A DNA stretch of 64,000 nt from Neocallimastix sp. 'constans' (Eukaryota): NCBI GenBank assembly GCA_050613775.1, contig JBODTK010000109.1, positions 372,001-436,000 on the forward strand, written 5' to 3'. The position numbers were made by a program, and so were the translations under genes. Under the pieces are notes generated by a model. It ran no database searches and had not been told where the DNA came from. It was given only the letters and a program-made list of their open reading frames with translations. Positions 12,921 through 23,988 of the stretch are shown in pieces. Each line of letters opens with the position of its first letter. Within the stretch, counting starts at the first letter, position 1.

Positions 12921-15158
12921 AAATAAAATAATTATAAATTAAGGAGAGATAGTTTTCCTTATCCAGTCCTAACATATTATAACATCCAAATTTGTTCAGT
13001 TTTAACTTCAGTCTGCTAGAAAAAGTCCCAATAAAACATGTTAATCGCCTATTCGTGCACCATAGATACAAAAATAAATAACATCCATAATCCAATAATT
13101 TCCATGCGAGACGAACCGATTCTTCCATGCCTTTTTCTTAATCAGATTAGTTATTCCTTAAAACAAAATCCTTCCAGTCACAGTAGTTATTTCCCGAAAA
13201 GTAGTGACGACCATTTTTACTAGTATTAAGTGATTTTACTACATTTCTTAATTAAGAAATGTAGTAAAATCATAAATTTATGTATTAATCTAGTTTTTAT
13301 AGTTTTTATTGTATTTCTTATTAGAAATTAATTTATATATTTTTATTATTTAATTTAAACATAAATGAAAGTAAATTAATAATTATACTTTAATATAGGA
13401 AAACTTTATTATAGTAAATAATTATAAAAGAGAAAAATATTTAGAAATAGTTTTATTTCTTTGTCCAAGAATAAGAAATAGCAGATTAGTGTAATTCTTG
13501 AAATCAAAATATGAAAATAAATATTAAATGTTAAGAATAAATGTTAGTTTATAATTTTTAATAATGATAAGTAAATGTAATTCTTCTAAATAAATAAATT
13601 TAAATAAAAATTATTTTTATAAAACATAAATTATATCCCCCAAATAAAGAATAAACCTTAAAAGAGCCGAACCTGAACTTCGTACTTTATCAGAGATACC
13701 CAACATATGGTGACGTGACATATGAAAAATTTAATTATCCTTACTTATAGGTATGTTATGGAGCGGGTTGTCACGTGATCACAAATATTGTGGCTGCAAG
13801 ACCCAAATGTAAGATTATCGTACAACGACAAGCAGTAATTATACTTAGGTAAGGAGCGCCAATGCAGAGTAACTGTAAGGCAGTCCAGCAGGGACGGGAC
13901 CACCTACTAAGTAGGAAGTTAGATAAGGGCTCTAGTAATAAACCATTGGGTGTCTACGGATGTGCAGCTGGGTAGAAATCCTGTTACGGTCGTTAAAATA
14001 CATATTTGAAATAAAATAAAATATAATAATTATTATCAAAAAGATATAAATTTAATATTTAATAATTATTATTAAATATACAAATATGTTACTATACATA
14101 TATGTTTTATATCAACAACAAAATAATCATTAAAAGTAAATAAATAAATAAATCTTGGTTTGTGGAAGAATCGTTTGTTAAAGGTGAATTTTGACTAATA
14201 TTATTAGGAAGAGTTATATTTTTAGGATTGTCTGTTAATATACTTTTATTATTTGAACAAATTTTTTTGGATATCGTTTGTAGGAGTGGAGTTATTAAAG
14301 TTTTTCTTCATCGAGTCACTGGATTTTGAATTTTTATTAAATTAATTCATTATTATTTCTTTAAAAAATTTTTTTAATTTTTTGGTAAATCTATGATTTC
14401 CATTGATCTATCTGATTTATTGATAGATTTATGTAAATCATTGTTATTGTCATATGATTCATTGATATTATAAAATTTTACAGCAAATAATAATAATATG
14501 AAAAAAATTTTTTAGTAAGTTTTTGTTTGAATTTTTATTATTTAAAAATATTTTATCTGTCAAAATCATCAAATTCAGTGATTTTTTCCTCCTTTGTTCC
14601 TGTTGAAAGTTGAAGCAATGTAAGCAGAATTTTCAGATGTATAATTTTCAATAGGGTTGGATTTAATGTTGGTATTATTATAATTATTTCCAAACTTTTT
14701 TATTATAATTATTATTAATCAGTACTAAGTTTCTATTTAACACATTCAAATAATTATTTTTGGAATTATTTTTGTCGACATTGTTTAAATCGAAATTCAA
14801 TTCACAATTAATTTTATTTTCAATTTCAGAATTAAAATTTGAATTAATTTTAATTTTAACGTCCTCACTCAAATTAAAGTTATTCTTCGGTTCGTATTTT
14901 TGTTATTAGTATCTGGAGTCTCTTCATTCAACGAAATATTATTGTCATGTTTATTTTTAGATATAACTACTTTCGTGTTCTTTATTAATTCTTTCATTTC
15001 TATTTTCTTCACTTAAAATATATTCTTAATTTAAGATGCTTCTTCCATTTAAATTATTTTCTTTATTTAAATTGTTTTCTTCCTTTAAATTATTATTTCT
15101 TCTGGAATAATGAGTCTATCATTCACATTCAATTAATCCAGAGAATTTAGTTCTATCA

Positions 15159-15428
15159 TTAATGGTTTATTTCTTCATTTTTTTCTATCATATATCTTGT
15201 GTCCTCAGAATCAAAATTATTGTCATAATTGCTGGCAATATCTGGATCAGGAATTTTACTTACTAAATGTAATGACTTCTTTGGATAATACTTTAATGTT
15301 GTCTTGACTTGAAGTTTTTCTTGCCTCCCTTTATTATTATTCGACTTTGTCTTCATATTATAACTGCAATCTCTGGTAGAGTGTCCTCTAACTCCACAAA
15401 TGTGGTAATATAGTTTATTATTATTGTC

Positions 15429-15465
<37 letters not shown>

Positions 15466-15776
15466 TGGCCATTATTTGGCTTTCCTCTGTTCTTGGAGTT
15501 AGAGCTACTGTTATTATGGATGTTGAGTTGATTTTTTCTAAAGGAATTACCAGTTTTTCTTCCTCTACTAATAAGATTTAGATCTATTGGATCGTCTTTT
15601 TCAGTAGTTTTGTTGTCTTCCCAGTTTTCTTGGAAAGATTTCTCAGAAATAAATCCCTTGAGATTATTAAGATATTGGTCTTGGTCTCTGTTCAAATTAA
15701 TATAATAAATATTTTTATATTCATTCAGTAATATATTGTAGAGATATTTTAACATTTCTTTATCAATAATTTCCAC
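15159..15776 (-). pseudogene. Gag-like remnant with degenerate zinc knuckle
   Basis: YHICGVRGHSTRDC fits CX2CX4HX4C with the first Cys lost. It follows an N/K/R-rich linker and lies on the same strand as the PPT at 12910. Confidence 0.55.
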
Positions 15777-16829
15777 ATGTTATTCTTCCATATCATAGAT
15801 AAGTACTTTCTTAAATTTTAGCTTTCCCAATGATTTGAATTCTATCTCTGGTTTCTATATTTTGACTTCAGTCTTTCCATTATACGAAAACTATTATTAA
15901 GTCCATTGATTTCTCTTAAAACAGACTCATTGACGTTCTTACTGATCATGAGCGTCATGTCAACGTCGATCTTTTCTGTTTCCTCAATTAATTCTATAAA
16001 ATTGAGAGAATTAACAAATAATCATCTTTCTATAGTAATAGACTAACATTATAGGTAACATTTAACTTTAAACTGTATTATATTATTGAATAAAAATATT
16101 TTACAGTGTATAATGTAGCGTAATGTACAATGTAATTAAACACATAACTGTGATCTGTGATATTTAACAAATAAAATATAAAAAAAAAAGATATCTTGAA
16201 AAAAAAAAAAAAAGACTACAACAAAGATTTTATTATAATTTTTTTTAATTCAATTACTATTTTTTTTCTATTTAATTTTTATAATAATTTCATATTATAA
16301 ATTTAACTTTAGTTTTAATTTTGAAATGTCTACTATATATAAAGACCTGATACGTTTTGGTCCTAACCATGAAGAACTTGTTTTAATTTTCATTAATGAC
16401 CTTGAATCGTGGACTGAAAGTAGACTATTGGAGTTATTACGCAAAAAAAAAAAGAAAAACAAAGTAAATAATCAAGTAGTAACAAAATTATTTATATAAT
16501 CATTAAAATAAACACTATATTAACATGGAAAATTACTTTATTCAAACAATTAATTATAATAATAAAATTTTTTATTTTAAAAGTTATTTTTATTATTACA
16601 AAACGTTTACCTGTTAAAAATAAATTGGTTAATTACTTCAAAGATTCATTCCTTAATTCATTCTCTAACTATCCATTTCTTAATCATTATAAAACAGTAC
16701 TGAGAAGTTCAGACATGAAAATCCCTGGCATTTATATTGATATCCACAATTCCTGCTAATTCATTAATGATAATTTAGAATATAGATATATATACTCTCA
16801 GTAAATATAGTTTTCTGTTGGAGTGTTAG

Positions 16830-17387
16830 ATATTCATTAGGAAAGATGTACATCAGTTCCAATTTATAATATACATACAAAACTTAATAATATTAGTATT
16901 CGTTGTAAGTGCATTCAGTTCATTATTATTCAATACCTTACTTCGAAAGCTTTAATGGTAAGCTTTAATGGTAAGTTTTCTGAAGAATTTCCAATATATT
17001 GTGGTGTTCTCCAATGGTATCCCATGTTACCTATTTTATTTAATATATTTATCAATGACATATTTATAAATACAAGAAATATTGTGATTACTGTATGATA
17101 AAAGTGTTGTGGTGGCCTATTTGACGATGATGTTATTTTATTGGCCCTTACAAAATCCTCTCTTAAAAACCTTTTAAATAAAACCAATAGGATATTAAAA
17201 AAATGAAATTACTTTTGGAATAAATAAATGTTCTACATTTGTTTGTTAAACCAAAGAGATTTATACCTTCAAGACATTATGAAAATCCTATATTTAATCT
17301 TAGCATGAACTGTCTACCAAGAACTAATCAAAATACATATCTTGGAATATCTTTCAATTATTGAATTTAGAGTCTATTATTGCTAAG
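16830..17387 (+). pseudogene. LINE reverse transcriptase remnant, 5' part (interrupted by the Gypsy element)
   Basis: Frameshifted RT motifs in order: SVPIYNIHTKL, SEEFPIYCGVLQWYPMLPILFNIFINDIF (GVRQGCPLSP-type), GGLFDDDVILLA (FADD-type), FGINKC, LPRTNQNTYLGISF. Confidence 0.85.
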
Positions 17388-18155
17388 TGTAAAGATTTAA
17401 TAAAATCTTTAATAAATTAATTATTACATAATTAATTAATGTAATAAAATTACATAAATTTATGATTTACGTATATGAAAATTAATTATAAATTTATGTA
17501 AACTTTTCATAAAGGAAAAATTATTATTTAAATAATTTTGGATAATAACTTAAATCTAAATAATTTATTTAAGTTAGTTAATTTAGTTTAGTTTATTTAA
17601 AATAGTTATTCTATTTAACTTAGTTAATTTAGTTTAGTTAGTTTAAAATACTTTAAAATTAATTTCGGAATAGTTTTAAATAGTTAAAATTAGTTTAAAT
17701 AGTTTACAAAAATAGTTTTGAATTGTAAATATATAAACATTAGTATTAATAATATTTATATAATAAATATATAATAAATGAGTTGTTATTGAATTTAATT
17801 ATTATTGTAAATAAGTTGAAAGTTTATTAAATTAATTATTGTTTAGTTTAGTTAATTATTATTTAATAAAATTATTAATAAATATTTTGTTTATAAATAA
17901 ATAGTAATATATGTAAATTAGATAGAAATAATATATTATAATGTAATAATGAAAAAATATAAATACATGTAAATTTCTATAATTAAATCGATGTATTAGT
18001 TATTGACTATATGATAGTTAATAACAAAAAAGAGATTTAATTTTTTTAATTAATAAAGATTATTTTATTTAAAAAAACGAATTTTTATTACGTGTTTTTT
18101 TATTTTTGTGTTAAAATTTGTTATTTGTAATCTGTTTCTGATAGAACTCTTTACA
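17388..18155 (+). repeat. 5' LTR (768 bp)
   Basis: Starts TGTAAAGA and ends TCTTTACA (8-bp inverted termini); matches 23989-24757. Confidence 0.97.
17958..17965 (+). promoter_or_regulatory. Candidate LTR TATA box
   Basis: TATAAATA begins 35 nt upstream of the predicted transcript start at 17993. This is weak on its own in AT-rich DNA. Confidence 0.4.
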
Positions 18156-18166
18156 ATAACTAATAC
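18156..18166 (+). promoter_or_regulatory. Self-priming primer binding site
   Basis: ATAACTAATAC directly follows the LTR and has no TGG tRNA-type start. It is the exact reverse complement of GTATTAGTTAT at 17993-18003. Confidence 0.85.
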
Positions 18167-18207
18167 CTTTTAAATAAAAAGAAACACGTTACAAATAATA
18201 AAATTTT

Positions 18208-18763
18208 CTACTGATTTAGGACTCTACTTTAGGACTCTACTTTCTACTGATTTAGGACTCTACTTTAGGACTCTACTTTCTACTGATTTAGGACTCTACT
18301 TTAGGACTCTACTTTCTACTGATTTAGGACTCTACTTTAGGACTCTACTTTCTACTGATTTAGGACTCTACTTTAGGACTCTACTTTCTACTGATTTAGG
18401 ACTCTACTTTAGGACTCTACTTTCTACTGATTTAGGACTCTACTTTAGGACTCTACTTTCTACTGATTTAGGACTCTACTTTAGGACTCTACTTTCTACT
18501 GATTTAGGACTCTACTTTAGGACTCTACTTTCTACTGATTTAGGACTCTACTTTAGGACTCTACTTTCTACTGATTTAGGACTCTACTTTAGGACTCTAC
18601 TTTCTACTGATTTAGGACTCTACTTTAGGACTCTACTTTCTACTGATTTAGGACTCTACTTTAGAACTCTGCTTTCTACTCATCTAGGACTCTACTTTCT
18701 ACTGATTTAGGACTCTGCTTTCTACTGATTTAGGACTCTGCTTTCTACTCATCTAGGACTCTA
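18208..18763 (+). repeat. Tandem array in the retrotransposon leader: 13 x 36 bp, then about 4 x 23 bp
   Basis: Unit CTACTGATTTAGGACTCTACTTTAGGACTCTACTTT. Twelve perfect copies (18208-18639), one variant copy, then 23-bp subunits. Confidence 0.97.
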
Positions 18764-19094
18764 TAATTTTGACTTTTAACATAGATTTTTATTGCTCTTA
18801 AGCATTGTTAACCCTTACTGATTTTGGACTCTTATTATTGTTGCTATTCAGGTTGAAATATTAATAATAGTTATATTATTCTATATTTTCTTCGTTTACT
18901 CGTTCGACACCTTTTCAAGTGGATAGAGTCTGAACGACTTTACGATATTAAATATAGACATATTAATAACTTGTATAATTAATAATAAGAGATCAAAAAA
19001 AAAAAAAAAAAAATTTAATTATTAACGTCACTTTAACATTAACAATCTGGAAGAACTAAATCGCATATTTCAAAACCTTAATCTTGATGATAAC

Positions 19095-22000
19095 ATGGAG
19101 GGTCAACAACCAAACCAACTACCGATTCATCCTGCTACTCAACTGAAAATTATTAACGATCCACCGTTATTTTCTGGATCTACAAAGGATCTTGATGGTT
19201 TTTTAACTCGAGTGGAATTGGCAATTGAGGTGAATCCTCATAGATTCCCCGATGATAGGAGAAGAGTAATGTTTGTAATCTCCTATTTAACAGGAAAAGC
19301 TTTAAATTGGGCTTCATGCCTCAGAAGGAATAACAATCCTGTCTTAGGAAATTATGGAAATTTTATTGCTGAACTTCGTAGAAATTTCGGAGACCCTGAT
19401 GTAGAAGCTGTTATTGCTAACGGAAAATTGTGTAACATACGCCAATTTAAATATGGACATGTTGTAGAGTATATCTCCGAGTTCCAAAAAATAAGTCAAT
19501 ACTCCGACTTTAATGAACCGGCCAAGATATACATGTTCATAAAAGGTCTCCATTATAAGATGAGAGAAAAACTTGCTATTGTTAATCCAAACCCAGACAA
19601 TTTGGAAAACTTATTTAGAGAGGCCGTAACGATTGAAAATCTAACAAAAAGAAACGATCTTAGAGAATATTATCTTACTCATCAGGACAGACGGAACTAC
19701 AACCAAAATGACCCCATGGATGTCGATCTTTACCGAATTAAAAAGGGTCAAACTGCTACTAGATACTTTCCCTCTCACAGAAAAAATTACAATGAGCAAA
19801 ATAACCCTTTTAGGGAAGAACGAAAAAGAAAGGGCTTATGCTTCATTTGTGGTAAGGCTGGGCATTTACAGTTTAATTGCCCTAACAAGAAAAGACCAAA
19901 AAATATAAAACTCATCAATAGAGCATCTGATACAGAAGCAGCTTCAACTTCTTCCTCTGCGCCGACTTCTTCTGTCAGACGAATTAAAAAGATTTGTGAA
20001 AATGAAAATGTTTACAGAATTCTTGATATTGTTGAAAAAGAAAATATGTTCTTTAAAGGTAAAACAAATATCCTTGATTTCTACATTAAAACCAACAATT
20101 CCGAAGAAACTAAAGTGAAGGTTCTTATTGACTCAGGTTCTGACATTAACTGCATGCATCCTGAATTTGCTAGGGTTAATAAAATCAATTTGATCAATGC
20201 TGATAATTCCTTTAAAGTTGCTGGTCTTGGTTATGGTTTATCTACTGTTAAGAAAATGACAGAAAAATGTATCCTCCGTTTTAAGAATCACTTGGAAGTT
20301 ATTCAATTATACGCCCTTCGTATCCCCGATGTAGATATCATTTTAGGACTCCCTTGGATTGAAAAACATTGCCCTATTAACTACCATGATTCAAAGAAAA
20401 TCTCTTTCAGTTCAGGATACTGTGCTCGACACTGTAATGTAGGGAAAAGAAATAGAAAAAATAAGAATAAAAAGAAGTTAAATAAAATTTCTACTAAAGG
20501 AAAGGAACCATATGAAGAACTTTCCGTAACAAAGGAAAAAAATAATCCTAAGCGTAAGTATTCCTTCGAATCTGATTCCGATATGGATTCTGATGAAGAA
20601 ATTACGATTAGAGGTCGTCGTACTCGTATTAAAACTTGTAGTGAAAAAGAAGAACTTAATGATGTAAAAAATTTTTGTATAATTAATTATGATAGTGATG
20701 TAAATGATAGTTTTATGTTTGATTATGATGATGAAATTTATGAATTTAGTGATAGTAATAATATTAATTTAGATGAATTAAATAAAATTTGTAAAATTGA
20801 TATTTTATGTAATAATGTAACAAAAAATTGTAATCATAATGATAATTTTAATAAAGATGAAAATAAAAAGTATATTTCTAAAAAGTGTTCTGTGAAAAAT
20901 TTGTGTTGTATCTGTAATTGTTTAAAAATTAGTAATTTTGAGAATAAATTAAATCAAAAAATTATAGGAATACCTCCTATTTATAACAATTACGCAGAAG
21001 TATTCAATGAAAGAAATTGCAACATACTCCCTCCACATCGTGAATATGATTGTGAAATAAGATTAAAGGATAATTCAAATTTATTTTATGGTCCAATATA
21101 TCCTTTAACTGAGGCAGAACGAGATGAACTAAAAAAGTATATAAAAGAAAATTTAGAAAAAGGATTCATTAGAAAATCCAAATCACCCGCTGGTGCACCT
21201 GTATTATTTGTTAAAAAGAAAGATGGTTCATTGAGATTATGTGTTGATTATAGAAAATTGAATGAAATGACCATCCGTAATTCTTATCCTCTTCCTTTAA
21301 TAAGTGAATTATTAGATAGAGTTAAAGGTGCAAAATATTTTACCAAGTTGGACTTAAAGTCTGCCTACAATTTAGTAAGAATTAAAGAAGGTGATGAGTA
21401 CAAGACTGCATTTCGTACTAGATATGGTCATTTTGAATATTTAGTTATGCCTTTTGGCTTAAAAAATGCTCCAGCCACCTTCCAGCATTTTATAAATGAT
21501 GTTCTTAGCGATTACTTAGATGATTTTGTTATTTCTTACATTGATGATATATTAATTTATTCGAATAGTTTAGAGGAACATCATGAACACGTTAAAAAGG
21601 TGCTTAAAAAATTATTAGAAAATGACTTGTACATTAAATTAGAGAAATGTGAATTCGATGTTACTGAAACCACTTTCCTTGGTTACATTTTATCAAAAGA
21701 CGGCTTGAAAGTTGATCCTGAAAAGGTTAAAGCTATCCTAGATTGGCCTGTTCCTTCTAATGTAAAGGAAATACAATCATTTATTGGATTATGTAATTAT
21801 TATAGAATTTTTATCAAGGATTTTGCTAAGATTGCGCGGCCCTTACATAAACTTACCAGGAAAAATGTTCCATTTCTCTGGGGTTCTGATCAACAAAAAT
21901 CCTTTGATAAATTTAAAGAACTTTTTACTTCTGCTCCAATTTTAAGAAATCCTGATAGTAACAAACCTTTCATTGTGGAAACTGATGCTTCTAATTTCGC

Positions 22001-23978
22001 TGTTGGAGCTATACTTTCCCAAGAATTTGATGGTCAGTTACACCCAATTGCTTTTATTTCTACCAGTCTAACCAAATCTCAACTAAATTACCCCATTTAT
22101 GATAAAGAGCTTCTTGCAATTAAAGTTGCTTTGGAAGAATGGCGTCATTACCTTGAAGGTGCTCGCCATCCATTTACTATTTATACCGATCATAAAAACC
22201 TTACTTTTCCTAGGAAGCCTGAGCTACTTTCTCAACGACAAATTCGTTGGTATGAATTTCTTTCTCGTTTCGATTTTATTCTTGTGTATCGTTCTGGTAA
22301 AAAATCTGGTAAACCAGATATTTTGTCAAGAAGAAGTGATCATTTATTTGATTGTTCTCGTGATGTTTCTTGTTGTGTTATTAATCGTAACTCATGTGAC
22401 GAGTCCTTAATTAATTCTATTTTGAAATCTTTAAATAATGATGATCTTTTTATAAAAATTAAATCATTTATTTTAAATAATAGTAATGTTAATCCACCTA
22501 TTAAATTTATTGATAAGTGTAAAATTGATAAGGAAGGTTTCTTACTTTTTGATAACTTAATTTATGTCCCTCAGAATCTTCGTACAAGAGTTCTTGAAAT
22601 ACACCATGACTCTGTTACTGCTGGTCATTTCGGTGTACGCAAAACATTTGATTTGATTAATCGTAACTTTTGGTGGCCTAAGTTACGTAATGATGTTAAA
22701 AAGTTTGTTAAGTCCTGTGAAACTTGCTGCAAAGCTAAAGTTCCAAGACATAAACCCTACGGTCTTTTATCTCCTTTGTCTACCCCCGACAGACCATGGT
22801 CAGACATCTCCATGGATTTTATTGTTGAATTACCGAAATCCAAAGATATGACCACTGTCATGACTGTTGTAGATAGATTGACTAAAATGGCACATTTTAT
22901 TCCTTTGCGTTGTCTTCCTACTGCTTCAATTGCTGCCGATTCTTTTATTAACCATATCTTTAGGTTACATGGCTTTCCTGATTCCATTGTTTCGGATAGA
23001 GGTACGCAATTTACTTCTGATTTTTGGAATCGTCTTTGCGAATTATTAAACATTAAGTTGTCATTCTCCACTTCGAACCATCCGCAGACTGATGGTCAAA
23101 CGGAGAGGGTGAACGGAATATTGGAACAATATCTCCGTTGTTTCATAAATGAAAAACAAAATAATTGGGTTGACTTGTTGCCTTTTGCCGAATTTGCTTA
23201 TAATAATACTCTGCAACAATCAATCAATCAATCACCATTTTTTGCAAACTATGGATTTAATCCAAAATTTAGTTTAGAAATTCCTTCTTCAGATAGTCCT
23301 CATAGAGCTGATGTTAGAGTGAAAGATATAAATGAAAATATTAAATTTTTAAAGGAAAATTTAGAGTCAGCTAAAGAAACTTATAAAAAGTATGCCGATT
23401 TCAAAAGATCATCCTCGCCAGATTTTGAAGTTGGTAAAAAAGTTTGGTTACTCAAAGGAAATACAACTAAGAATGTAAAAAGGAAATTAGCAGACCAAAT
23501 GCTTGGTCCATTTGAAATTGTGAAGAAAGTTAGTTCATTAGCCTACGAACTCAAATTACCAAGTAATATGCGTTGTCACCCTGTTTTCCATGTATCTTTA
23601 CTGGAACCATTTTATGAAAATGAATTTGCTAATAGAAATAATAGGAAAAGAAAGAATATTAAGTTAACTACCGATACCATAAATAAGATTCCTGAAAGAA
23701 TTATTGATATGAGGACATATAGAGGAAAAAATCGTTTCCTCATATCTTGGAAAGGCCTAGATTCTGTTGAAGATTCTTGGATCGATGAAGATCAAATTTA
23801 CGATAGACAGCTAATTCAAGAGTACTTTCGTAAATCTAAAAGGAATAAACGAAATAATGTGGTTGATGATGGTGATAAAGATTTTAATGAAGAATACATT
23901 AGGCATAAATATCAACCATTTATAATTGACATTCCTTCCCGGAGATTGAACTCTATAGTTCGCAGGAGCTCAACTTAA
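19095..23978 (+). CDS. Gag-Pol polyprotein (CA, NC, PR, RT, RNase H, IN, chromodomain)
   Basis: 1627 aa with CFICGKAGHLQFNC knuckle, LIDSGS protease, MPFGLKNAP and YIDD RT motifs, ETDAS RNase H, HHCC plus SMDF/SDRG integrase, GPF module and ISWKGL...DSW chromodomain. Confidence 0.98.
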   Translation: MEGQQPNQLPIHPATQLKIINDPPLFSGSTKDLDGFLTRVELAIEVNPHRFPDDRRRVMFVISYLTGKALNWASCLRRNNNPVLGNYGNFIAELRRNFGDPDVEAVIANGKLCNIRQFKYGHVVEYISEFQKISQYSDFNEPAKIYMFIKGLHYKMREKLAIVNPNPDNLENLFREAVTIENLTKRNDLREYYLTHQDRRNYNQNDPMDVDLYRIKKGQTATRYFPSHRKNYNEQNNPFREERKRKGLCFICGKAGHLQFNCPNKKRPKNIKLINRASDTEAASTSSSAPTSSVRRIKKICENENVYRILDIVEKENMFFKGKTNILDFYIKTNNSEETKVKVLIDSGSDINCMHPEFARVNKINLINADNSFKVAGLGYGLSTVKKMTEKCILRFKNHLEVIQLYALRIPDVDIILGLPWIEKHCPINYHDSKKISFSSGYCARHCNVGKRNRKNKNKKKLNKISTKGKEPYEELSVTKEKNNPKRKYSFESDSDMDSDEEITIRGRRTRIKTCSEKEELNDVKNFCIINYDSDVNDSFMFDYDDEIYEFSDSNNINLDELNKICKIDILCNNVTKNCNHNDNFNKDENKKYISKKCSVKNLCCICNCLKISNFENKLNQKIIGIPPIYNNYAEVFNERNCNILPPHREYDCEIRLKDNSNLFYGPIYPLTEAERDELKKYIKENLEKGFIRKSKSPAGAPVLFVKKKDGSLRLCVDYRKLNEMTIRNSYPLPLISELLDRVKGAKYFTKLDLKSAYNLVRIKEGDEYKTAFRTRYGHFEYLVMPFGLKNAPATFQHFINDVLSDYLDDFVISYIDDILIYSNSLEEHHEHVKKVLKKLLENDLYIKLEKCEFDVTETTFLGYILSKDGLKVDPEKVKAILDWPVPSNVKEIQSFIGLCNYYRIFIKDFAKIARPLHKLTRKNVPFLWGSDQQKSFDKFKELFTSAPILRNPDSNKPFIVETDASNFAVGAILSQEFDGQLHPIAFISTSLTKSQLNYPIYDKELLAIKVALEEWRHYLEGARHPFTIYTDHKNLTFPRKPELLSQRQIRWYEFLSRFDFILVYRSGKKSGKPDILSRRSDHLFDCSRDVSCCVINRNSCDESLINSILKSLNNDDLFIKIKSFILNNSNVNPPIKFIDKCKIDKEGFLLFDNLIYVPQNLRTRVLEIHHDSVTAGHFGVRKTFDLINRNFWWPKLRNDVKKFVKSCETCCKAKVPRHKPYGLLSPLSTPDRPWSDISMDFIVELPKSKDMTTVMTVVDRLTKMAHFIPLRCLPTASIAADSFINHIFRLHGFPDSIVSDRGTQFTSDFWNRLCELLNIKLSFSTSNHPQTDGQTERVNGILEQYLRCFINEKQNNWVDLLPFAEFAYNNTLQQSINQSPFFANYGFNPKFSLEIPSSDSPHRADVRVKDINENIKFLKENLESAKETYKKYADFKRSSSPDFEVGKKVWLLKGNTTKNVKRKLADQMLGPFEIVKKVSSLAYELKLPSNMRCHPVFHVSLLEPFYENEFANRNNRKRKNIKLTTDTINKIPERIIDMRTYRGKNRFLISWKGLDSVEDSWIDEDQIYDRQLIQEYFRKSKRNKRNNVVDDGDKDFNEEYIRHKYQPFIIDIPSRRLNSIVRRSST

Positions 23979-23988
23979 AGGGCGAGAA
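23977..23988 (+). other. Polypurine tract
   Basis: AAAGGGCGAGAA immediately precedes the 3' LTR and overlaps the pol stop codon. Confidence 0.85.

Noticed and set aside
13855..13900. Definite twister ribozyme call
   Set aside because: Only a partial motif match; the cleavage-site and pseudoknot strands could not be assembled.
18208..18675. 36-bp repeats as a CRISPR array
   Set aside because: The repeats are head-to-tail with no spacers, there are no cas genes, and the array lies inside a eukaryotic retrotransposon.
18174..18700. Stop-free frame through the array encoding (TDLGLYFRTLLS)n
   Set aside because: There is no start codon after the upstream TAA, and an open frame is easily produced by a unit length divisible by three.
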